Source: Mobula hypostoma
Lineage: Eukaryota
DNA: 64,000 nucleotides
Assembly: GCF_963921235.1 (NCBI RefSeq)
Contig: NC_086097.1
Span: 190,652,001-190,716,000 of the forward strand
Direction: 5' to 3'
The first letter of the stretch is position 1, and each line of letters starts with the position of its first letter. The notes beneath the pieces are model-generated. The model saw only the letters and a list, made by a program, of their open reading frames with translations. It was not told the DNA's origin and did no database searches. The translations under genes and the position numbers were made by a program. Shown here one piece after another: positions 24,746 to 36,325 of the stretch.

Positions 24746-27647
24746 CGAAGATTCTACACTATAAATCAATTTCCGAAAGCTGGAAATTTATTCCTATCAT
24801 TGATGAAACCATGATTCAATTATTTAATTTCTTGTTACACTAAGGATCCGGATTCTTGCTTTTGCACTTTATACTTAGCAATCTATATTTTTCACAATGT
24901 TTAATAATGCGTTTTGATATACGTTGATCAAAAGCACTTGCCTGTGTGTAGTTTTGGTCAGGACCTACTTCTCTTGATGTTGGAGAATCAAAAACAAGAT
25001 TAATTAAAATAAATGCTTTGGGATCAAAGATAGTCTTACCATTTAAAATACAGACCAGTAGTCTAGTAGTGTAGCATTTGCAATGATTCTGAAAAATATA
25101 CAAATCCTAATATTGAACAAGGGCAACAAATCAAAAACAGAAGAGATTCTGCAGATAATGGAAACCCAGACTAACACACGCAAAATGCTGGAGGAACTCA
25201 GCAGGTCAGGCAGCTTATGTCATAGAGGCATAGAGAATTACAGCACAGAAACAGGCCCTTTGGCCCATTTAGTCCATGCCAAAACCATTTAAACTGCCTA
25301 CTTTCATTGAGCTGCACTGGAACCATAGCCCTCCATGCCCCTACAATCAATATACCTATCCAAACTTCTCTTCAACATTGAAATAAAACTTGCATGCATC
25401 ACTTGTGCTGGCAGCTTACTCTCACAACCCTCTGAATGAAGAAGTTTCCCCTCAAGTTCCCCTTAAACTTTTCACCTTTCACTCTTAACCCATGACCTCT
25501 GGTGTAGTCCCACGGAACCACAATGGAAAAAACCTGCTTGCATTTACCCTATCTATACCCCTCATAATTTTGTATACCTCTATCAAATCGCCTCTCAATC
25601 TTCTACATTCTAAGGAATACAGTTCTAACTCATTTAGTCTTTGTTTGTAACTCAAGCCCTCCAGACCCAGCAACGTAAATTTTCTTGGTACTCTTTCAAC
25701 CTTGTTTACATCTTTCCTGCATGTAGGTGACTAAAACTGCACGCACTAAATCACATTAGGCCTCACCAACGTCTTGTACAACTTCAACATAACATCTCAT
25801 CTCCTGTACTTAATACATTGATTTATGAAGTATCACAAGCTTTGTTTACGATTCTATTTGCCTGTGACAGCACTTTCAATGAATTATGGACCTGTATTCC
25901 CAGATTCTTCTGTTCTACCACACTCCTCAGTGCTCTGCCATTTACTCTGTAGGACCTACCCTGGTTGTTTCTACTGAAGTGCAAAACCTCACACTTGAGT
26001 GCATTAAATTCCACCTGCCATTTTTCAGCCCATTTTTCCAACGGAGGCAGATCCCTCTACAAGCCATGATAGCCTTCCTCACTGTCTTGGTGTCATCTGC
26101 AAATTTGCTGATCCAGTCAACCACATTGTCATCCGGGTCATTGATATAGATGATAAACACCAAAAGACCCAATAGCAATCCCTGCGGCACACCACTAGTC
26201 ACAGGCCTCCAGTCGGAGAGTCAACCATCTACCACCACTCTTTGGCTTCTGCCACAAAGCCAACGTCTAATTCAATTTACTACTCATCTGAATGACAAGC
26301 AACTCAACCTTCTTGACCAGCCTCCCATGCGGGACCTTGTCACATGCCTTACTAAAGTCCATGTAGACAACATCCATTGCCTTGCCTCCATCTACTTCCC
26401 TGGTAACTTCCTCGAAAAACTCTATAAGATAGGTAAGAGATAATCTACCATGCATGAAAGCATGCTGACTCTCCTTAATCCCTCCATGTCTATCCAAATA
26501 CCTATATATTGGGTCCCATAGAATACCTTCCAATAACTTTTCCACAACTGATGACTCACTGGCCTATAATATCCTGGTTTCTATTTAGAAACTTTTTTAA
26601 ACAGCAGAACAGCATTGGCTATCCTCCAATCCTTTGGTGCTTCTCCTGTCACTAAGGATAATTTAAACGTCTCTGCTAGAGCCCCAGCAATTTCTGCACT
26701 TCCCTCCTGCATGGTCCAAGGGAGCACCTTGTCAGACCCTGGGGATTTATCGACCCTGATTTGCCTCAGGGTAGCTAACACCTCCTCCTCTGTAATCTGT
26801 ACATGGTCCATGAGTTGGTGCTGCTTTGCCTCATTTGTACAGATCTTGTGTCCATCTCCTGAGAAAATACAGATGCAAACAATTCATTTAAGATCTCCCC
26901 CATCTGTTTTTGCATAGATTACCATTCTGATCTTCTAGAGGACCAATTTTATCCATTGAAATCCTTTTGCTCTTTAACATACCTGTAGAACCCCTCAGGA
27001 ATCTCCTACACCTTGTCTGCTACAGCAGCTTGGCCTTCTTTTAGCCTTCCGGATTTACACATGTCTTTAAGTATTCTCTTGTATTTCTTATGCTCCATAA
27101 CGATCTCACTTGCTCCTCCATGTCAGTACCTAATATGCACATCCTTTTTTTCCCTCTTATCCACGGCCTCAGTATCGCTTGAAAACTAAGGTTTACTACA
27201 CTTGTTATCTTTACCTTTTATTCTGAAAGGCACATACAAGCCTTGTATTCTCAAAATTTCATTTTTGAAGACTTCTCATTTACCAAGTACACATTTGTCA
27301 GAAAGTAGTCTGTCCCAATCCACACTTGCCAGATCCTTTCTGATACCATCAAATTGGCCTTTCTTCAATTTAAAATCTCAGCCCACGGACCAGACATATC
27401 TTATTGTATATTTACTTTGAAACTAATGGCATTATGGTCACTGGATGCAAAGTGTTACCTTACACAAACTTCCGTCACCTGTCTTGTCACATTCCCTAAT
27501 AACAGATCCAGTAATGCACACTCTCTCATTGGGACTTCTATGTACTGATTAAGGAAACTTTCCTGAACACATTTGACAAACTACCACACCTAGTTCTTTA
27601 CGGGATTCCCAGTCAATATGTGGAACACTCAAATCACCTACTATAAC

Positions 27648-30600
27648 TGTTGCAAGGGCGAGGCTGAGAACGAACTAAAGTGCGGGACATAGGCGCAGAG
27701 GCAGAGTCATGAGGCATTAACACCGCTGCAAATGGGGAGTCGGTATCCAGGAGAGTCTTTACACGGAGACAAGGTTTACGTAGAGTACCCAGGAAATGAT
27801 GCTGAGGTTAGAACTGACAGTCCCAAGGAATCAGGAAACAGGGTTTACTCACACTAGAGTCGACCAACGAACTGGCAAAGCATGGCTGTGCTGCCCGAGT
27901 TTTATCCTACATTCGCTAATGTGCTGTAATTAGTGGAACTGGGAATGATTGGAAATCAGACAAGGGGATTAAGGCCCAATTAAGGAGGTAATAGCAAGAT
28001 AGGGAATTGCCAGACAGGACCATGACAATAGACCCCCCCCAAACGGGAGCCTCCAGACGATCCTCCAGGCTTGTCCGGATGGTCTTGATGAAAGTCTTGG
28101 ATGAGGGAGGGGTCCAGGATGAAGAAGTTGGGAACCCAGGAATGCTCCTCTGGGCCATACCCTTCCCACTCAACCAGGTATTGGACGCCCCTGCCCCGAC
28201 GGTGCACATCTAGTAGCCGCCGGACGGTGTATTCCGGATGGTTGTCGATGATCTGGGCACGTGGAGGGTTGGAGGACACAAGGGGCTGATGGAAAGTGGT
28301 TTTAATTGGGAAACATGAAAAGTAGGGTGGATGTGCATAGATCTTGGTAGTTTAAGTTGGACTGCTGTGGAGTTGATGATATTTTCGACCTTGAAAGGTC
28401 CCAGGAAGCAAGGGGCGAGTTTCCTGGCTCGTTTTTGAGAGGGTTGTCTTTGGATGAAAGCCACACCATCTGCCCAGGTTGATACTCAGGTGCGAGAGTC
28501 CGGTGTCAATCAGCAATCCTCCTATTGCAATCGGCTGATCTGAGCAGGGCCATGCGTGTCCTCCCAAACCTTGGGGCACCGATCGATATGGGCCTGAACA
28601 GATGGCACCGCAATCTCCTCTTCTTACGCGGGGAACAGCGGCGGTTGGTACCCAAGGGACTGATTTATCTCCCTGATAATTTGGTGATAAAAGTTTGCAA
28701 ACCCCAAAAACTGCTGAAGATGCTTGCTAGTCGTGGGTCTGGGCCATTCTTCCACCACTCAAATCTTCTCGGGATTTGCCCTCTCCTGCCCGCTTTTGAT
28801 GATGTAGCCAGGAAGCTGACTGAAGGGACTTGGAACTCACATTTCTCCGCCTTCACAAATAACTCGTTCTCCCACAGTCTCTGCAGGACTAGACGGACAT
28901 GGTGAATGTGTTTCTGGAGGGCTGCTAGAGAATACTAAGATATCATCTAGGTAGATGAACACAAAGCGATTAATAAAGTCCCTCAGCACATTATTGATTA
29001 GGGCTTGAAAAACGGCGGGGGCATTGGTGAGGCCAAACGGCATGACCAAGTACTTGAAGTGGCCCAAAGGTGTATTAAACGCCGTCTTCCACTTGTCTCC
29101 CTCCCTCATACTGACTAGATGGTAGGCGCTACGAAGGTCCGACTTCGAGAAGACGATGGCTCATGAAGTGGTTCAAATGCGGAGTTAATGAGGGGTAGTG
29201 GGTACTTATTTTTAACTGTTATATTGTTTAGGCCTTGGTAATCAATATAGGGATGAAGCCACAAATCCTTCTGCTCTGCAAAGAAGAAATTGGCACCCGC
29301 TGGGGAGGATGAGAGTCGAATAATGCCCGCTGCGAGGGACTCACTAATGTATTTCTCCATGGCCTCTCTCTCCGGTCAGGATAAGTTATAAAGACAATTG
29401 GTGGGTAATGAGGCCCCAGGGAGAAGGTCGATAGCACAATCATACAGGCGGTGCAGAGGCAGGGAAAGAGCCTGTTGTTTGCTGAATACCTGGCCCAGGT
29501 CATAGTATTCTGTGGGGACTCTGGACAAGTCGAGGGGTTCCAAGACAGGAGGGGTCATGGTAGCCTCCCTAGGGGATGGAGCCGACCACAGACAGGTGGC
29601 GTGGAAAAATGCGATCCAGCTGGCTATCCTCCCAGTAGACCAGTCAGTGTAGGGGTTGTGGTGGTTCAGAAGGGATATCCTAGAACTACAGGGGCTTGAG
29701 GAGAATGGATGAGATTAAATCGTACCTCCTCTCAATGATTTCCAGACAGAATCAAAGTCAGGGGTGGCGTACAGTGGGTAACCCGAGCCAGCAGTTTTCC
29801 GTCCAGTGCCCGGGCCTCCAGAGGGGTACTTAACGGCTCCCAAGGTATTCCAGCCCTGGAGACTATGTCCTCCTCTAGCAGATTTCCCTCGGCACCGGAA
29901 TCCACCAAGGCAGATAGGGACAGGGACTGTTGTTGATAGTTCACGGTAGCCGGTATCTGCATCCGGGTCTGGGGGACTGAAGGGAGTGTCGTCTGGCTCA
30001 CCAGGGTCCCCCGTTCTACTGGTGAACCCTCCCTTTTGGCTGCAGAGGACAGGTATCCCGGAAATGTCCAGGCTGGCCGCAATAGTAACAATCCCCAGCT
30101 CCCCGCCTCCAAAGTCGTTCAGCCGGGGAGAGACGGTTCCGTCCCAGCTTCATTAGTTCCTCCCCCAGGGTAGTGGGGACGGTCGGAGCAGGAACCACAC
30201 TGGGAGCAGCTGGGGAAGGGGGGCTGGCTGAAGATGGTAAGGTGGGACATGGGCAGACCCGAGGAGCGGGGCCACAGGTCTTTTCTCTCAGACGCTCTTG
30301 AAGTCGATTATCAAGCCTGGTGGCTAGAGAGATCAGAGAGTCCAGGCTGTCCGCGTCATCTCTCACTGCCAGTTCATCTTTTATTTTATCTGAGGGGCTC
30401 TGTCGGAACACTTCCTGTAATGCCTCGTCATTCCACCCAGAGTTGGCCGCTAATGTTCGGAACTCGATGGAGTATTTTGCTACGCTTTGCAAACCCTAAC
30501 AGAGAGTTAGCAAGCACTTAGTGGCGTCCTTACCACGAATGAGCTGTTCAAAGACTTTCCTCATTTTGGAGACGAAGGAGGGGAAGGAGGAACAGACCTC

Positions 30601-31289
30601 TGGTTGGTTGTCCCAGCTCGCAGTGGCCTATGCCAAGGCATCCCCTCGTAACAGCCCCATGATGTACGCAATCTTTGATCTGTCCGAGGTGTACATACGT
30701 GGCTGTTTTTCAAAGACCAAAGAGCATTGTAATAAGAAGGCCTGGCACTTTCCTATGTCCCCAGCGTAAGGTTCCGGTTCAGGTATGTACGGCTCTCGAG
30801 GGGATTGTGTTGCCAATCCAAGGGGAGTAGCCATCTCAGGCTGTGTGGTTTGGTCAGTCGGGGATCTTGGAAGGGATGGAATAAGGGAAGCGGATACCTC
30901 GTCAACCTGCTCACTGACCTTCTTCACATTCGTTAATAACGCATGAAGGTTTTCCGTGCCTTCTCTGAGCAGTTGGTCGCGGGCGCCTAGTAGGCAGCTC
31001 TGGCTGGTGAGGGCCTGTTGCACAGGGTCCGTGTCCGCTGGGTTTATTCTTGGCCAGTTCGTTCTGTTGCAAGCAGGAGGCTGAGGACGAACCCGAGTGC
31101 TGGACACAGGCGCGGAGGCAGAGTTGTTAGGCATTAGCACCACTGCAAAGAGTCTTTACACGGAGACAAGGTTTACGTAGAGTATCCAGGAAATGATGCG
31201 AAGCTTAGAACTGACAGACCCAAGGAATCAGGAAACAAGGTTTACTCACAGTAGGGTCAACCAAAGAACTGAAAAAGCATGGCTGTGCC
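27648..31289 (-). mobile_element. Sushi-like chromoviral Gypsy element, internally deleted
   Basis: 3' LTR 27648-28027 with PPT gggggggtctat; truncated 5' LTR 31065-~31289; gag with [14 protein letters not shown], protease LVDSGAEGN, RT YLDD, GPFKV and chromodomain [15 protein letters not shown]. Confidence 0.93.
31053..31064 (-). promoter_or_regulatory. Self-priming primer-binding site
   Basis: Minus-strand (G)AACGAACTGGC directly after the LTR is complementary to LTR-internal GCCAGTTCGTT (27866-27876). Confidence 0.7.
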
Positions 31290-31708
31290 CCCTGAGCCAA
31301 ATAAGTCATATATTTCTTATTTATCAGATCCATCCATCGTCAAGTTCTCCAGTCTGTCCTGATGGAGCACTGCTGTGACATATTCCCTAACTGGTAATAC
31401 CACCCCTCCTCCTTTTACCCCTCCCATTCTACCTTGTCTAAAGCAAAGGAACCCTGGAATATTTAGCTGTCAATCCTGCCCCTACTGTAACAAAGTCTCA
31501 CTAATGGCTACAACAATTTGATGATGACCTATGCCCTGAGCTGGTCTGCGATACTTGGATTGAAATATATGCAACTCAGGACACCAGTCTCACCATGCTC
31601 AGCCTGTTTATTTCTGACTTTGTCTGAGGTCTTACCAACATCTGTCTCCACAACTTCTCCACCCACTATTTGTTCTGGCACTCCGTTTCCCATCCCCCTG
31701 CAACCCTG

Positions 31709-32057
31709 CATCTGGTCAGGTCATTCGTCAAAGGGCGGATGAACCCTCTCGTAGGGTCAATGGCCATCTAGCAAACACGTGCCATGAAGCGCGGAAAGGG
31801 CATCCCTCGCATCGAAGCTTGGTCTGGCCATTCACTGCAACAGAACCTCCCCCAGCCATCTTGGACCTCACGATGCCACTGGATCCAGGAGGGGATGTCG
31901 AGAGGGTGGGTCTGGACCTGTGCAACCCCCTACTCACCGAAAATCCACTCACGCAAATGCTGTTCCTTTTTGAGGAGTGGGGTACCACCCCACTAACTGA
32001 CCGAAAGGAACGAACATCATCCTATGGGATGGATAGCCAGAGAGAGAGAGAGAGAGA
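31709..32057 (+). mobile_element. 349-bp non-coding retroposon with (GA)n tail, possibly RTE-derived
   Basis: TSD gcaaccctg (31700-31708) / gcaactctg (32058-32066); GA tail; GC-rich body. Confidence 0.7.
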
Positions 32058-33246
32058 GCAACTCTGGTTTAAACCCTACCATGCAGCATTAACAAACCTT
32101 CCAGTTAGGATGATAGTCCCCCTCCATTTAATTGCAAACCATCTCTTTTGCACAGGTCCCACCTTCCCTGGAAGAGAGCCCAATGATTCAAAAACCTTAC
32201 ACCTTCCCTCCTACACCAACTCTTTAGTCACATAGTAAACTGTATAATCTTCCTAGTTCCGGCCTCACTAGCACATGACACAGGTAATAATCTGGAAATC
32301 ACAACCCTGGAGGTCCTGCTCTTTAACTTAGCACCTAACTCCCTGAACTCACTTTTCAGAACCTTGTCACTTGTCCTACCCATGTCATTGGACCATGACC
32401 TCTGGCTGTTCATCCTCTCACTTAACAATGCTGAGGACTTGATTCGAGATGTTCTTGACCCTGGTACCCATGAGGCAACACACCATCTGGGAATCTTGTT
32501 CACGCTCACAAAACTTCCTGTCTATTCCCCTAACTAAAAAATCCCCTATCACCACAGTGCGTCTCTTCTCCCCTCATCCTTCTGAGACTCAATGCCAGAG
32601 ACCCAGCCACGGTGACTTTCCTCTGTTAGGTCATTCCTCCTGCAACAGTATCCAAAGTGGTATACAGTGTTGTTGAACGAACGACCACAGGGGTACTTTG
32701 CCCTGGCTCCTTAACCACTTTCCCCTTTCTGACTGTCATCCAGTTTCCTGTGTCCTGCACCCTGCTTGTAACTACCTCTCTATATGTCCTATCTATCACC
32801 ACTTAAACCTCCCAAATGATCCAGAGTTCATCCAGTTCCAGCTCCAACTCCTTAAAGCAGATGATTAGAAGCTGCAGCTGGATGCACTTCTTGTAGTTAA
32901 AGTCATCAGGGACACTGGAGGTCTCCTTGCCTTCCCACATCTGCAAGAGGGGCATTCAGCTATTCTGCCTGGTATCTCTACACTCTTAACTGAGCAGATG
33001 TAATGAAGAGAAAGAGAAAAAAAGACTTTACCTGGAGCTTTTCTTTTTATCTTCTCTGACTCAAGCCTTGAAGAGCTAGTCTCTCTGCTCTAACTCTATC
33101 TACTCAGGCTATGTCCACTGCACTTGTCCCTGCCTTCCTTCAATTTGCTCTTGCTAATCAATCCCAAACTCTGACTGGTCGCTGGTCAGAGCTCCAAATA
33201 AACTGCTGTGATTCGCTGCTGCCTTTTTCGACTAGGTCACTAGATC

Positions 33247-33843
33247 CAGACATCCCACCCTGCAAAAACTCATTTCAGGGAGGTAGCACTATCAATTTGT
33301 GACAGACTTCCGGGAGAGGTGGGATGTCTGCAATAGAGTAGCTCCTTAGCAGCTGGCCAGCTAGTTTAAATAACGTTAGCTATGCTAATGAACACATGAC
33401 TCCTGTTAAACTCACCTCAACACGTCTTTTACAGTCTTAACCCACCATGGGCAATAGAGAAGTCACTGTTGCAAACAGTGCAGTGAGCACACTGTCATTA
33501 TTTTGACCCCTATTAGGCAGGGGTACACTTTAGTGTAGTCTGGGGTGACGTATGTTATATATATTTTTTGGAACACTCTGCCATGGCGCGCTCTCGCTCA
33601 CACTCTCTCTCTCTCGTGGTCACTCGCGCGCTCTCAAGTGCTCTCGCTTGCTTTCTCTCTCGCTCTCTTGCTTGCTTGCTTGCTCCTGCTCTCTCGAGGT
33701 CGCTCTTGCGCTCTCTCCTGCTTTCTCTCGCTCGCTCTCAAAAAAATTGATTTCCGTGATATTGTATATAATTTGAGGGCATCAGGGATCCACTATTAAT
33801 ATGTGGGAGACTCCCGGAACTTCCGGGAGAGGAGGGATGTCTG
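33247..33843. mobile_element. TIR MITE carrying a transposase zinc-finger remnant
   Basis: TIR cagacatccc / gggatgtctg, internal TIR ending 33330, flanks ctagatc/ctagacc; minus-strand HCTVCNSDFSIAHGG..DCKR. Confidence 0.75.
33586..33740. repeat. Degenerate (CTCG)/(CT)-rich simple repeat
   Basis: Visible low-complexity run. Confidence 0.85.
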
Positions 33844-34205
33844 CTAGACCTGAGTGAAATAACCTCCTCTGAAACTTCTGAGAGGTAAAATTAGTCAATG
33901 TCAGGAGTGATGTAGCGTCTCAGCTGGAAACTGTTTATTTCTCTCCATAGTAGCTGCTTGATCGGTTGAGTACCTCCAGCATTTTGTGCGTGTTACACTG
34001 AACAAGGGGGTAGCTCTATTGCTACGAAATGGGATAAATCGAAAACATTGAATTAATCTTGAAGCCATTTGAAGAAAACAAACTTTCCTGCTGTGAGTGT
34101 TTTTTTTTCCTTGCTATGCATTCCTGTAGTAAATAAAGCACTATTATTGTCCAAATTCTGATGGGTTCTGTGACAGTTCTGTGTAATGCCAGTGAATTAG
34201 GGAGT

Positions 34206-34585
34206 TATAGATAAATAGATAGATAGATAGATATACTTTATTGATCCCGAGGGAAATTGGGTTTCATTACAGCCACATCAACCAAGAATAGAGCGTAAAT
34301 ATAGCAACACAAAAACCACCAACAATCAAACAACAAAATGCAAACTATGCCAGATGGAAAATAAGTCCAGGCCCAGTCTATTGGCTCAGGGTGTCTGACC
34401 CCCCACAGGAGGAGCTGCAAGTTCGATGGCCGTAGGCAGGAACGACCTCCCGTGCCGCCCAGTGTTGTATCTCGGTGTAGTGTGGCCGAAGTCCAACAGT
34501 AAAAAGTTCAATATCTGGTCTACAAATACATTCCTCAATCGTAATATGACCTGGATTGCACCATCTGTTGTTAACCAGAACAGTA
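34206..34585 (-). mobile_element. L2/Rex-type 3' fragment with (TATC)n tail
   Basis: (GATA)n at 34206-34234 abutting tttattgatcccgagggaaattgg. Confidence 0.6.
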
Positions 34586-35039
34586 CAATGCTGTAGTCTT
34601 GAACTTACTGGCTGACTTCCTCTGCTAACTTCATGACCATATCCATTGCTGGTCCTTAACTGGAAACCAATGATAGAACAGTAACAATATGAAGGAGTTC
34701 CTCTGCATTTACTGTATTATGAAGAACATGATCTCAGATCCTGCAACTAGATGAAGCCTTGGCAGAATCCACAAACGCATTTATTTCAATGGAGAAAGGC
34801 AGAAGTAAGTGTAATTGCATTTTTACATAATATTTATATTTTCAATAATGTTTTTAATTATTTAGAAGCATGTTAAGTATTTTTTTATCAGTTGCTGAAT
34901 TTCAGGAATATCCAGAAGCATTTAAAAACCCTGACAGTTTCATCTAAACGAAAAGCTTGGTAAATAGCTTTGCAGCCAGGAAAGGTTCTGTTGCTGAACT
35001 CCAGAATAGTTTCAACCACCATTGTTATCTGCTTTGAAT

Positions 35040-36325
35040 AAAGTCAATGATTGTTGACACATTAATAGTGATCTTTCAAGAATCACTGAAGTCTGGGAGG
35101 GTCCAGAGAACTACAGAATTGCAAATGTAACACTGCTGTTTAAGATGGGGGGAAGCAAAAGACAAGAAATTGTAGGTTGATTTCCCTAACCTTGGTGATT
35201 GGTAAGATTTTAACTTCCTTTACTAAGGATGACATTTTAGAGTACTTGAAAGAACAGTATATAATCAAATGGGCAAAATAACTTCAGCTGCATTAAGGGG
35301 AGATCATGTCTGACAAATAGGATAGCATGGTTACATGGAGGTTAGTGCAATGTCTTACAGTGCCCATGATCACGGATCAGGTCTTTATTTCCCGTCATTG
35401 ACTGTAAGTAGTTTGCATGTTTTCCTCATGACTGCATGGGTTTCCTCTGGTGCTCCAGTTTCCTCTCACTTTCCAAAGACGTACAGGTTAGGTCTAGTAA
35501 ATTGAGGGCATACTCCACTGGTGCCAGAAGTTTGGTGACAATTGCAGGCTGTGTCTAGTACATCCTCGGACATTTAACAAGTGATGCACAGAGGGCTAAT
35601 AAATAAGTTGAAAACCCATGATGCTAGAGGCATGATAAAAGATGGCTGACTGGCAGATGTCAGAGAGTGAGCTTAAAGGAGTCCTTTTCAGGATGGCTAC
35701 TGTAGACAAGTGCAGTTTCACAGAGGTCAGGACTGCAAATTTCACTTAATATATTAATGATTTGCAAGGAATTGATGGCTTTATGACTGATTTTCCAGGT
35801 GACAAAAGTAAGGAGGAGGAATATGTAGTACAGTTGAGACAGGGTTTGTGTGGAAAATATGAACAGGTTGTGAGAAGGGCAAAGAAATGGCAAAGATGGA
35901 GTACAATGTTGGGAAGTGCGGAGCTTTGCACTTTGGCAGGAAGAATAAAGGTGTAAACTACTTTCTAAATTCAGAAATCAGAGGTGCAAAGGGACTTTTA
36001 CAATATTCCTTCAAAGTTATCTTGCAGGTTGAGTCAGGAGGTAAAAAAAAGGCAAATGCAATGTTAGCATTCATTTCAAGAGGACTAGAATATAATGGCA
36101 AGGATGTACTGCTGAGATTTTATAAGCCATTGGTCAGACTGAATGTGGAATTCTGAGAACAATTTTGGACCCCTTATCAAAGTAAAGATATGCTGGCTCT
36201 GGAGAGAGTTAATGAAAGACTTAAAATTTGATGTTTCTAGGCTTTTACTTGATGGAGTTCAGAAGGATGAGAGAGGACCTCATTAAACCCTGTCAGACAC
36301 TGTAAGGCTTGGATAGAGGGGACAT
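35040..36325 (+). mobile_element. Decayed CR1 RT fragment
   Basis: MEYNVGKC.ALHFGRKN, ANAMLAFISRGLEY. Confidence 0.8.
35320..35580 (+). mobile_element. tRNA-derived SINE (V-SINE/HE1-like)
   Basis: gtttgcatgtt...gggtttcctctggtgctccagtttcctc...ccaaagacgtacaggttagg core. Confidence 0.7.

Larger units (their letters stand above)
25219..33240 (-). mobile_element. Near-full-length CR1 split by a chromovirus and a SINE
   Basis: Tail at 25219; RT motifs at 25485-26811; APE remnants; esterase SNDMGR/VVISRLLPV at 32228-32509. Confidence 0.85.

Noticed and set aside
24840..25103. 87-aa ORF with a possible 49-nt minus-strand exon (25040-25088)
   Set aside because: No homology recognised; such splice-like motifs are expected by chance in AT-rich DNA
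30016..31143. Possible domesticated PEG10/RTL1-like gene
   Set aside because: Lies between LTRs, and gag and pol carry stops and frameshifts
31715..31790. HDV-like ribozyme at the 5' end of the GA-tailed element
   Set aside because: P1- and P3-like pairings exist, but no P1.1 G(G), P2 or catalytic J4/2 could be placed
33545..33799. Hydrophobic ORFs in three frames
   Set aside because: Artefact of the CT/CTCG simple repeat
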